From the sequence record OZ035940.1: DNA of 32,000 bases, one strand, 5' to 3'. Every line of letters starts with the position of its first letter. The stretch's first letter is position 1. This document shows, piece after piece, positions 1 to 9,009 of the stretch. A program made the position numbers and the translations under genes. The notes beneath the pieces were generated by a model. It searched no databases. It saw nothing but the letters and a program-made list of their open reading frames with translations, and was not told where the DNA came from.

Positions 1-126
1 TTAGTTAAAAGTGGAATGAATGAGTCAAATATAGAAGACCAAATATTGGTTGATATGGTTGAAAAACAAATAGCTGAAGATTTAGATATAACAGATGAAA
101 TTATTACTAATATATTAAACAATTAA
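1..126 (+). CDS. 3' end of an ORF truncated by the window edge (41 codons then TAA), product unknown
   Basis: Frame 1 is open from position 1 (LVKSGMNESNIEDQILVDMVEKQIAEDLDITDEIITNILNN*) and ends in TAA at 124-126. I recognise no motif. It lies directly upstream of the plasmid-like module. Confidence 0.25.
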   Translation, partial: LVKSGMNESNIEDQILVDMVEKQIAEDLDITDEIITNILNN

Positions 127-391
127 ATTATGAAATAATATATTATTAACATTTAAAATACTAAATATAATATATATATTTGATCCATTATAAAAAACAA
201 AAAACAAAAATAATGAAATTAGGAGAAGGATTTTTTAAAAATAAAGCCTAAATTAGAAAATATTATTTAGAGGTAAATTTTCTAAAACAAACATATAAAA
301 TAGAATAAATATATATTCTAAATTAAGCCTCTTATATAAATATAAATATAAACAAAATATAAGTATAAATATAAATACTCTTAAATTAACA

Positions 392-1285
392 ATGAATACA
401 AATATAAACAAACAAAATCAAGAAAACATAGAATGGAAAAAAGAATTATTTACAAATCCTGAAATTAAAGACACAAATATCATATGTAGCTTAAAATTAA
501 GTCATAAAACACATGGAGAAAATAAATTTATGATAGCAAGTACATATTTTTTAAATAGAAATTTAATATTGGGGGAAAGAAATTTTATTATTATATCCAA
601 ATTAATAGAATATTATAATATACATAACACCATTGTAATTATTATTGTAAGAAATGATGTAGGTAAAGATAATTTTCATATTGTAGATTATAAATGGGAA
701 AGGTCAAAATTTAGAACAGTAGTACATATAGTTAGATATAATACTTTTTTTGATAGAATATATGAAAAAAATGATTTTTTGGATAGTGATAAAGATATTC
801 AAAAAATAGTTATATTTCAAGGTTGTATGTGGAGCGAAATATTATTATTATTTAAATTAAAAAGAATAGTAGTTTCTGGTGGTGATGTTGTTAGAAGACA
901 TTCTTTATCTTACAACCAATATAAATTATCATTATTTATTCATTTAATTAATATTATGAATAATTATTATATTAATAGACAAGGCGTAGTATTAAGAAAA
1001 GATAAATATAACATATCTGATGATGATGATAAATTTATAAATTATAGTAAAGAAATGTATAATACTTCAAATTTAGATTTTAGAGATGAGAAATACAAAA
1101 AAATTATGAGAAGTCATATAGATTTTACTAATAAAAGACTTACTAATGAAATAGATTTATTTCATGAATATTTGAAAAATAAAGATGATTTTATAAAATA
1201 TATGGAAAATAAAAAAGATATAAATATGAATCTTAATAATGATAACAATCACACACATAATTTAATAAAAAAAACCAAATATTAA
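392..1285 (+). CDS. hypothetical protein orf297, N/K/I-rich, adjacent to the plasmid-type RNA polymerase
   Basis: Uninterrupted 297-codon ATG..TAA ORF on the same strand as rpo and 53 nt upstream of it. I see no recognisable catalytic motif. A GCCTCTTAT box sits 57 nt upstream of the ATG. Confidence 0.4.
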   Translation: MNTNINKQNQENIEWKKELFTNPEIKDTNIICSLKLSHKTHGENKFMIASTYFLNRNLILGERNFIIISKLIEYYNIHNTIVIIIVRNDVGKDNFHIVDYKWERSKFRTVVHIVRYNTFFDRIYEKNDFLDSDKDIQKIVIFQGCMWSEILLLFKLKRIVVSGGDVVRRHSLSYNQYKLSLFIHLINIMNNYYINRQGVVLRKDKYNISDDDDKFINYSKEMYNTSNLDFRDEKYKKIMRSHIDFTNKRLTNEIDLFHEYLKNKDDFIKYMENKKDINMNLNNDNNHTHNLIKKTKY

Positions 1286-1337
1286 AAATCAATATTTAAC
1301 AAATAAAGGAGATAAGAGAGAATATCATCAATCATCA

Positions 1338-3671
1338 GTGATAAAAAATGATAATCAATTAGTTAGTTATTTAGAAACATTAGGAAATATTATTAATAAT
1401 GAATCATTAACACCTAAACATAAACAATCTTATATTGAAGAAGAATGGATAAATTTAATAAAGGTAAATTTAGAAAATGATACATTTTTTAAAGATAAAC
1501 ATAGTTATAAATTATATAATTTAATTAAAGAAGCTAAATTGACACTTCAAAATTTGTATGATCAACATCAATTAAAGAAAAATTTTCCTTCTATTTATGA
1601 AGAATTGAATAAAATTGATTACCTTATGTTGACTTTTTCTATTGTACTAACTTATCATAAAAAATTAGGATTTACTAATATTTCTATTATAGTAGGAAAT
1701 CAAATATTATATTTAATATATAAAAATAAATATTTAAAAAAAAATATATCTGAAGAAAATATAATAAGTTATCAGGATTTCTTAAAAATGATAGAGTACA
1801 AAAATGATAAAAGAAAAATATTAAAATTAGGAAGTTATTTCATAAATATTTTATCTACATTTCCTAATGATTTATTTACTATAGATTATAATATTGATTA
1901 TTCAATATATGAATCTAATATTACTATAATAAATTTAAACAGTGATCATTTAGATTCAATTAAAGATAATATAATTATATCCCCACTCTCTTTACCTATG
2001 ATCTGTGAACCAAATAAATGGTCAGATGAATCTTTTGGAGGTTATTTAGAAAATACACAAATTAAAGCTAATTTAATAACTGGTTCTAATTATCATAATC
2101 ATAAAATAGAAAATAAGGATAAATTATATAAAGCTGTAAATTATTTGAGTAGCATAAAATTTGGTATTAATAATTCATTATTAAATTATTTAAATAATGA
2201 AGGAAAATATTTATTAGAAGAAGTGGGATTAACTCCTTCTGAAAAACTTCAAAGAATCATTACTATAAAATTAGGACAAGTATTTTCAAATTCACCTTTT
2301 CATTTAAGTATACATGCAGATTGGAGAGGGAGATTATATACACAATCATTTTTTATAAGTTACCAATCTAGTGATTTATCTACTGCTTTATTAGAATTTT
2401 GGGAGGGAGAAATATTAAGTGAATCAGGATTAAATTATTTATATATTTATGGTGCAAACAACCATAATCAAAATAATATAAGCAAAAAATCTTATATTGA
2501 TAGAATAAATTGGGTTAAAACAAATTATAACAAAATTATAAATTTAGATCAAGGATTAATATCTACAGCAGAATCCAAATTTATATTTGCAGCTTTTTGT
2601 TTGGTAATAAGAGAATTACATAAAAAACCTAAATCTAAAATAAAAATACCTATTTTCTTAGATGCTACATGTAGTGGAATACAACATTTTGCCGCTTTAT
2701 TAAAAGACTTAGAATTAGGAAGTAAAGTTAATCTTATCCCTCAAGAAGAGAGTGATGAAGTGGGTGATATTTATAATGAAATTACAGATCCAATTAATAG
2801 AGCTATTAATAAATATGGTGAAGATAATCATGAGTATTTTAATTTATCTATGATTAAATTAACTAGAAAGATTCTTAAAATATCAATAATGACTAAAGTT
2901 TATAATGTTACAAATTATGGAATAGCTAATCAATTAAAAGATAATTTAACTAAAATTAAAAACGAGAAAAAATATATATATAATGCTCCAGGAAAATCAG
3001 GAATAAATATTTCTCTTAATTCTAAAGAAATAATGAAAATGTCACAAATAATTAATGAACAGGTATTTATATTATTTCCATCTTTAAATAACATATATAA
3101 TTATTTTCTAAATATTACTAAAATTATGGCTATATTAAATATTCCTATGACTTGGATTACTCCTGCTGGATTAAAGATTACTCAACATTATCTTAGATCT
3201 ATAAAAAATTCTGTGGAATTAAGATTTGGAGGTAAAGTTAGAAAATTAATTCTTAAAGAATGGACAAATAAATTGGATAAAAAGAAACAATCTCAAGCAA
3301 TTATACCTAATATTATACATTCATTAGATGCAACTCATCTTATTAATTTAATTAATTATGTTAATGATCAAAATTTTATGCCTGTTGTTACTGTTCATGA
3401 TTGTTTTGGTACTTTACCTAATAAAATAGTTGAATTAGAATATTTAGTTAAAAAAGAATTTATTTTATTATATACTCAAGATCAATTTCTTGATAGATTT
3501 CACCAAAGAATATTAGAAACTATTAAAGATAATCAATATAATTTAATTGAAGATGATAACAATAATTATATAATTCATAATAATAAGAAATTAATTATAC
3601 CGAAATCACCTCCTAAATTAGGGAAATTAGATTTACAAAAAATTAGTGATTCTAAACATATGATTACTTAA
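1338..3671 (+). CDS. rpo: phage T7-like single-subunit DNA-dependent RNA polymerase of mitochondrial linear-plasmid type
   Basis: The translation carries the three T7 RNAP family motifs. Motif A is DATCSGIQHFAAL, with the Asp codon at 2661-2663. Motif B is RKILKISIMTKVYNVTNYG. Motif C is VHDCFGT, with the Asp codon at 3399-3401. The C-terminal LGKLDLQKISDS resembles the T7 KGNLNLRDILES. The start is a track-assigned GTG. The frame is open from 1299 and the first in-frame ATG is at 1626. Confidence 0.9.
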   Translation: MIKNDNQLVSYLETLGNIINNESLTPKHKQSYIEEEWINLIKVNLENDTFFKDKHSYKLYNLIKEAKLTLQNLYDQHQLKKNFPSIYEELNKIDYLMLTFSIVLTYHKKLGFTNISIIVGNQILYLIYKNKYLKKNISEENIISYQDFLKMIEYKNDKRKILKLGSYFINILSTFPNDLFTIDYNIDYSIYESNITIINLNSDHLDSIKDNIIISPLSLPMICEPNKWSDESFGGYLENTQIKANLITGSNYHNHKIENKDKLYKAVNYLSSIKFGINNSLLNYLNNEGKYLLEEVGLTPSEKLQRIITIKLGQVFSNSPFHLSIHADWRGRLYTQSFFISYQSSDLSTALLEFWEGEILSESGLNYLYIYGANNHNQNNISKKSYIDRINWVKTNYNKIINLDQGLISTAESKFIFAAFCLVIRELHKKPKSKIKIPIFLDATCSGIQHFAALLKDLELGSKVNLIPQEESDEVGDIYNEITDPINRAINKYGEDNHEYFNLSMIKLTRKILKISIMTKVYNVTNYGIANQLKDNLTKIKNEKKYIYNAPGKSGINISLNSKEIMKMSQIINEQVFILFPSLNNIYNYFLNITKIMAILNIPMTWITPAGLKITQHYLRSIKNSVELRFGGKVRKLILKEWTNKLDKKKQSQAIIPNIIHSLDATHLINLINYVNDQNFMPVVTVHDCFGTLPNKIVELEYLVKKEFILLYTQDQFLDRFHQRILETIKDNQYNLIEDDNNNYIIHNNKKLIIPKSPPKLGKLDLQKISDSKHMIT

Positions 3672-3941
3672 AAACAAATAATAATAATATTTAAAAATAC
3701 AACCACTAAAGTAACTAATGATATTTTCTGTTAGTAAAAGTGTATAGATTCATATTTTATTTAATTTAATTTTTACATTTAGATAAATATCTATACAATT
3801 TATCTTGATATTATTATAATTTTAAAATTATTTAGTTATTTAGATCAATACAATTCTCTTTTTATTTAAATTTCTAGGTATTAAATCAATATTTATTAAA
3901 TAATAAAATAAAATATTAGCCTCTTATTATTAAAAAATATT

Positions 3942-3974
3942 AAAAAAAACAAAACAACAAACAAAAACCAAAAT
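3942..3974 (+). promoter_or_regulatory. A/C-rich (A4-8C)n leader tract abutting the orf123 start codon
   Basis: aaaaaaaacaaaacaacaaacaaaaaccaaaat is followed directly by the ATG at 3975. It belongs to the dispersed A/C tract family described in findings. Confidence 0.3.
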
Positions 3975-4346
3975 ATGACAAATATAATTAATATCAACTT
4001 TTTTTATATAATTATAGATAAATTATTAAATATTGATTTATTATTTATAAAAATTATTAGTATTATTTCTTCATTAAATTTTATATTTATTTTTACTATA
4101 TTTTCTGTGTTATTGTGTAATTTCTTTGCTAGTAAAAAAGGAGGAGAAGAAGTAATTAAAAATATAGGTCGAATAGGAACAGGAGTATTAGCAGCAATAG
4201 GAGGAGTAGATTCTATTTTAAATCTCTCTGATAGAGTATTAGGTAGTGATGGTGGTTCAAATAATACTGATTCAGATAAAAATAAAGATAATAAAAAAGA
4301 AAATAATAACGAGGATAAAAATAAATCAGATGAGAATAAAAATTAA
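3975..4346 (+). CDS. hypothetical small membrane protein orf123: N-terminal hydrophobic segment, glycine-rich GTGVLAAIGGVDSIL motif, K/N/D-rich tail
   Basis: ATG..TAA ORF. It has a long hydrophobic stretch (LLFIKIISIISSLNFIFIFTIFSVLLCNFFA). The Gly/Ala-rich block is encoded by locally GC-richer codons at about 4166-4235 and is shared with orf218. Confidence 0.4.
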   Translation: MTNIININFFYIIIDKLLNIDLLFIKIISIISSLNFIFIFTIFSVLLCNFFASKKGGEEVIKNIGRIGTGVLAAIGGVDSILNLSDRVLGSDGGSNNTDSDKNKDNKKENNNEDKNKSDENKN

Positions 4347-4764
4347 AACAAAATTTAGTTCATTATCATTAAAATTTAAAATATTTAATTCAATAAATAA
4401 ATTTAAATTAGAAAACTTAAAAGAATTATATCAATATAGTTATTTTTTACCTTTTATTCTTAGTAAAGTAGGTGGTAATATTACAGAAGAATCAGATTCT
4501 ATAGTTAGATATGCTTTCTCAATGTTTACTTTAAGTTTAATTGTTTTTATTTGTTTTATTAATGTATTTGGGTATATACTCTCACTATATTTAATATCTA
4601 AATATGATATAGAAACTAAATTTCCTAAATTAAAAAGAATTATAAAATATTATGAAAAATCAACTCATTTTTTTATAATCTTAGAAGTATTAACAGGATT
4701 CACTTTCTTAATTGTTATTATTATTTTGAACTTAGTATTATGTGGGGTTATTATTTTAAAGTAA
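4246..4764 (+). CDS. hypothetical multi-pass membrane protein orf172 (a more plausible start is the in-frame ATG at 4330)
   Basis: The ORF overlaps the orf123 tail by 101 nt in another frame, inside A-rich low-complexity DNA. The C-terminal two thirds contain hydrophobic segments (FTLSLIVFICFINVFGYILSLYLI and FFIILEVLTGFTFLIVIIILNLVLCGVIIL). A C-rich cluster lies 24 nt after the stop. Confidence 0.35.
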   Translation: MMVVQIILIQIKIKIIKKKIITRIKINQMRIKIKTKFSSLSLKFKIFNSINKFKLENLKELYQYSYFLPFILSKVGGNITEESDSIVRYAFSMFTLSLIVFICFINVFGYILSLYLISKYDIETKFPKLKRIIKYYEKSTHFFIILEVLTGFTFLIVIIILNLVLCGVIILK

Positions 4765-4979
4765 TAATTCTATTAATAATTTAATTTATCCCCTTCAGTA
4801 CACTTTAAAATAGTTCAAGATAAAAGTAAAATATAAATTACAAACCTAAATTTAGAAATTAATCAAGCAAATTTATACACTTCAGGTAACAGATAATAAC
4901 AGAAAAATTATATATGATAATAATAATAAATTCATAGATACAAAACCTATAAATATTTATAATGAAGAAATTATTGATT

Positions 4980-4992
4980 AGATATGTATACA
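4980..4992. repeat. left arm of a perfect 13 bp inverted repeat (agatatgtataca) bracketing the 26 bp tandem array
   Basis: It is the exact reverse complement of 5168-5180 (tgtatacatatct). Each arm contains the palindrome tgtataca. Confidence 0.85.
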
Positions 4993-5004
4993 ATAAATCA
5001 TCCC

Positions 5005-5134
5005 CTAAATATATTGGTCCTTGGGATTAACTAAATATATTGGTCCTTGGGATTAACTAAATATATAGATCCTTGTGATTAACTAAAGCTATAGGTCGTT
5101 GCGATTAACTAAAGATATAGATCCTTGTGATTGA
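5005..5134. repeat. tandem array of 5 x 26 bp (consensus ctaaaKatatWgRtcSttgNgattaa)
   Basis: The units are 5005-5030, 5031-5056, 5057-5082, 5083-5108 and 5109-5134. Units 1 and 2 are identical and the others differ at a few positions. Confidence 0.92.
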
Positions 5135-5167
5135 CTTATATTGAATTAAAATGCATTTAAATGAGAA

Positions 5168-5180
5168 TGTATACATATCT
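5168..5180. repeat. right arm of the 13 bp inverted repeat (tgtatacatatct)
   Basis: Reverse complement of 4980-4992. It is followed by ccaataaatcaaaccc, which resembles the caataaatcatcccc that follows the left arm. Confidence 0.85.
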
Positions 5181-5292
5181 AACCAATAAATCAAACCCTG
5201 TTATATTATTAATATTAAAACAAAACTAATCTAATAATCCAGATTTGAAGTGATAACTTCTAACTTTCTCCAATAAATATAATATTTTACTA

Positions 5293-5365
5293 ACATCTTT
5301 AGCTGAATTGGTAAAGCATTTGCCTTCGAAGCAATAGTTTATTGGTTCGAGTCCAATAAGATGTC
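5293..5365 (+). tRNA. trnR: tRNA-Arg (anticodon UCG)
   Basis: Hand-folded cloverleaf. Acceptor is acatctt/aagatgt. D arm is gctg..aagc. Anticodon arm is tttgc-cttcgaa-gcaat, with one T.T mismatch. T arm is attgg-ttcgagt-ccaat. Length is 73 nt. Confidence 0.85.
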
Positions 5366-5778
5366 TAATATTATTTAAATAATTATTACAAATATAAAAA
5401 TAGATTATATTAATTAATTATATTAAAATTTTAGATACTGTGGGTATCTAGTAATTGAAAATTCAATAATGATATTTCTGCAAGCAACATTAATCCCGCC
5501 CATTTATTTATTTTTATACCTTTTTATATGCCAAATTTGCTATATACTATTGAGGAAACTCTTTTAAAATATTAAGTAGAATCTAGTATTGGATTAGAAA
5601 ATAAAAATAAACCAAAATTAAAGCTAGTGTAGATTCAATAATAAATTATTTTGGTTATTATAGAAATAAAAATATGAAAAAAACAAAAACATAAATGCTT
5701 TACCTTTATATTCTTATTTTATTTAAATTATACTTTAAAAGAGTCAAAAAATAAATTTATATTAATAGAAAGTAATAA

Positions 5779-5849
5779 ACGAGTATAGTTAAGTGGTATA
5801 ACTTCTACCTTCCAAGTAGATATCATCAGTTCAATACTGATTACTCGTA
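5779..5849 (+). tRNA. trnG: tRNA-Gly (anticodon UCC)
   Basis: Acceptor is acgagta/tactcgt. D arm is gtta-agtggta-taac. Anticodon arm is tctac-cttccaa-gtaga. T arm is atcag-ttcaata-ctgat. Length is 71 nt. Confidence 0.9.
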
Positions 5850-6691
5850 AATAAAAAAAATATATATCTTTTTATAAATAAAGCACTATCAACTTATATT
5901 TGGAATTATTATTAAATTATTAATATTTTATCTATTTTTGGTTCTTATTACCATAATTAATATATATTATTGCTCAGTATTAAATTATATTTCTTAATTC
6001 TTGTTACTTGACAGAAAAATTAGTTATATAATTAAAAAGGAAACTATTAGATGGGGTATACTGGTTTATATCCAAGAATCTCCATAATAGGGACTGCTTT
6101 AGATGTATTTACTATATTAAATAAAATAGGTAAATGTTAACCTAGATTAAAAATACCACCCTCTTTAAATTGAAACCAAAAATGAAATTTCTGTAGAATC
6201 TCTTAGAATACAATATGGTCTTACAATTTATTAAAACAGGAGTAGATCTCTCAATAGATACTAATAATGCAGTATCAGTTAAAAAACAAAAAACAAAAAA
6301 ACAAAAAACAAAAAAATTTTTAAGAATTTGTAGCTGTAGCAGTAAAAAAATAGAATTAAAATTTTTCAGGTTTCTAATATTAAATAAGCTATATATAAAA
6401 AAATTCTATTTTTTGAGATTATAGAATCAACCAAACCATATTATTTATATTTTTAACTATCTAATTATAATAAATATAAAAAATTTTTATTTGGATTTGG
6501 CTCTTTCTTTTTTAAGTCAATTATTTTCCTTTATCTACTTATCTTTAAAGATAAAAAATATTAATTTTTTAAAAGAAAAAAGTAAATTTTAATAGATAAT
6601 ACAATAAAATTGTGGCTATATATGAATTATGAAAATAAAGAGCTAAATCAACATAAAACAATTATCTAAACCTAATAAAAATTCTTTAATA

Positions 6692-6764
6692 CGAGCCCTT
6701 CCAGATTTGAACTGGGACAACCCTAATTGACAATTAGGTACTCTACCTATTAAGCTAAGGGCCC
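6692..6764 (-). tRNA. trnD: tRNA-Asp (anticodon GUC), the only minus-strand gene found in the window
   Basis: The reverse complement folds as follows. Acceptor is gggccct/agggctc, with one G.U pair. Anticodon arm is cctaa-ttgtcaa-ttagg. T arm is cccag-ttcaaat-ctgga. Length is 73 nt. Confidence 0.85.
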
Positions 6765-7294
6765 TCTATTTTTGTTTTTTTACTTTCTTTTATTATAATA
6801 ATCACTATTTTAAATTACAATAATTAATCCTATTATTTTGAGTAATACTGATAATTAAATAAAATAATAAAATTTGGAATTACTTACTAATAATAGGTAG
6901 AAATAAGAAATTAATGAGAAAAGCAATAAATAAGTAAAATTTATTAATTTTTTGACTAGATTAATTATTAGAATGAATTTTTTATATTATATTTATTTTT
7001 TTAAAAATATAGATTTATAAATTTAAAGGTATTTAATAAGATATTTAATTTTAATTTCTACTGTAAATTTTGTAATATAACGTAAATTATACACCATTTT
7101 AAACACAAATAAATAGAACCTTATAATATAAATAATGTTGATTTATAATAGATGTTTGTCTATTGTACCCATAGATAACATAATTACCATAGCTATATTG
7201 CTCTTTATTTTGGAAGTTGTTAATCAATACTAGCTTTAAATTAGGTAGTGACACAGAATCTTAGATTCAATTAAAAAAGAGTATTTTAATTATA

Positions 7295-7520
7295 ATTTTT
7301 AACATTAAAAGAAGTTAAGTAATAAGAATTAAACAAATATTATAAAATAATGAAAGCCTATAATTTAATGGTAGAATTATTTCTTGATGAGGAATCTGTA
7401 GAAGTTCAAATCTTCTTGGGCTTATAAACAAAACAAACAAATATCGTAATAATGCCAAGAAAATTATTAAAGTAAAATTTAATAATTTCATCTAAAAAAA
7501 ATAAGATTATATTTAAATAA
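7295..7520 (+). repeat. copy 1 of a ~230 bp dispersed direct repeat carrying trnI
   Basis: It aligns with 11092-11322. The shared 5' block is attttaacattaaaagaagttaagtaataa. The ~85 nt 3' block is nearly identical (acaaacaaatatcgtaataatgccaagaaaattattaaagtaaaatttaataatttcatctaaaaaaa..taagattatatttaaataa). Confidence 0.9.
7354..7424 (+). tRNA. trnI: tRNA-Ile (anticodon GAU)
   Basis: Acceptor is aagccta/tgggctt. D arm is attt-aatggta-gaat. Anticodon arm is atttc-ttgatga-ggaat. T arm is agaag-ttcaaat-cttct. Length is 71 nt. Confidence 0.85.
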
Positions 7521-8980
7521 TAATTTATAATCTTTAAATATAATAAAATAAAATATAATAATTATTTTCTATAGAAAAGTCAATTTTCAAAATAGTTTAA
7601 ATTTTATTTTTAGTAGATATAATTATAACTACTTTATTTCTAATTTAATATTTAATTAAGTCTAATGAGACCATAAATTATAAAGGTATCAAATATTTTA
7701 ATTTTTTTAATCTTTAGATATTTTAATTTATTTAGGTAATTTAATTGTAGCATTAAATATTTTTATTGATTAAGTTTTATCTTTGGGTATTTGAGGTCAT
7801 TATGTAAACTAGAATTTTATTAGCAAATCTTGCAATTTTCATATGGTATTCTTAAGCTATATTTTATTTTTCTTTTCTAAAGAATGTACAGATTTTTATG
7901 AGAGGAAAGGTATAAAGCTAAAGATATAACAAACTGGGTCTTTTCACTACGGATAAGGGTAACTATATAATATGGAAAAATGAATAATTATCTAATATTA
8001 AATATAACTTTTTAAATACAATACTATCTTTTTAATTTGTGTAATCGCTCTGTTTTTAATTTATATTTTTTAATTTTCTATAATGTAAAGATGAACATCT
8101 TTATTTATATTAAATATCTAGCACTCTTATTCAAAAAAATATATATATGGCCATTCTATTATTAATAGTTATAAATTTGGGATGGGTAACCACTTTTTTA
8201 TATTAATAATATTAGCCTAATATATATAAAGAGATAAAAAATATAAATAATTTTGTGATATAAACACTAAACATAATTTCAAATTAAGAAGATAGCTTTT
8301 ATCTCAGGATAATTATTAAACAATAATTGTATTTAAGATACTAAGCTAAATTAAATAAATTATTAGTAATATATTTTTAGGTAAACAGATATAATAAATT
8401 TAATTAGCTATTTCTTTTTGTTTAAACTAGGTAAGCTATAGGGTTCTTTTCTAATTTATATAAATAAATAGTTAAACCCCAAATAAGTAGTTTATAATTA
8501 TATAAAATATAAATAAATAATAGAAAAATAAGATACTGGATAAATATACTAAAAATAATACTCCATAGTAAAATATCATTACCCTTTATCCCCTTTCTCA
8601 ATAGAAAAGGTTTGTTAATTTAATATATCTGTTTAATTAGGTCTTATACAAAAATAAATAATAATCTAAGTTAAAGGCAATATTTTATTCTATTTCTTCT
8701 TTTCAAAATTGTATATAAAAGTAAAAATGACAATATTTTAATAATATTTAAAGACTCATAATGATATAGATGGAAAAATATTCTTGAGACCCATTAGTTT
8801 GCTAAAATTTAATTAAAACAATTATATTAAACTAATCTAGTTAAAACCCTTTATAATTTTTTTTTTTATTCTTTGTAGAATAATTACTTGATTTTTTATC
8901 TTGGCTGTATAAATATATAAAAATACAGTGATTTCATTAATAATTTTATATTTAAAATATAATAATTCAAATGAAAAATA

Positions 8981-9009
8981 AACAAAATTAACAAAAAAAC
9001 AAAACAAAA
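8981..9009 (+). promoter_or_regulatory. A/C-rich leader tract abutting the nad1 start codon
   Basis: aacaaaattaacaaaaaaacaaaacaaaa is followed directly by the ATG at 9010. Confidence 0.3.

Noticed and set aside
253-285. 9 bp inverted repeat ttagaaaat / attttctaa with a 15 nt loop
   Set aside because: It is a pure A/T stem, expected frequently by chance at this base composition.
392-1337. orf297 as the missing N-terminal domain of the RNA polymerase
   Set aside because: It is in a different frame from rpo, and stop codons separate the two in both frames. I cannot see RNAP N-terminal motifs. The idea is left as a question only.
130-5000. Terminal inverted repeats delimiting the plasmid-like module
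   Set aside because: I compared the 130-390 region with the reverse complement of 3680-3960 and 4765-5000 by eye and found no extended inverted match. Only the direct GCCTCTTAT boxes turned up. A computational inverted-repeat search is needed.
5005-5134. CRISPR array
   Set aside because: The 26 bp units are directly tandem with no spacers, and the context is a mitochondrial genome. This is a minisatellite or iteron-like array, not CRISPR.
5266-5280. 15 nt identity ctttctccaataaat with the 3' end of trnA plus its trailer (31410-31424), and recurrent ccaataaat (5184, 5273, 10884, 31416)
   Set aside because: There is no tRNA-like sequence upstream of the 5266 copy. The match length is near what chance could give among all pairs in 32 kb. 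It is noted as a possible trailer motif but not supported.
6215-6424. 69 aa + strand ORF
   Set aside because: The reading frame is carried by the A/C tract 6281-6316, which translates as KKQKTKKQKTKK. The rest is low complexity, so it is probably an artefact of the repeat.
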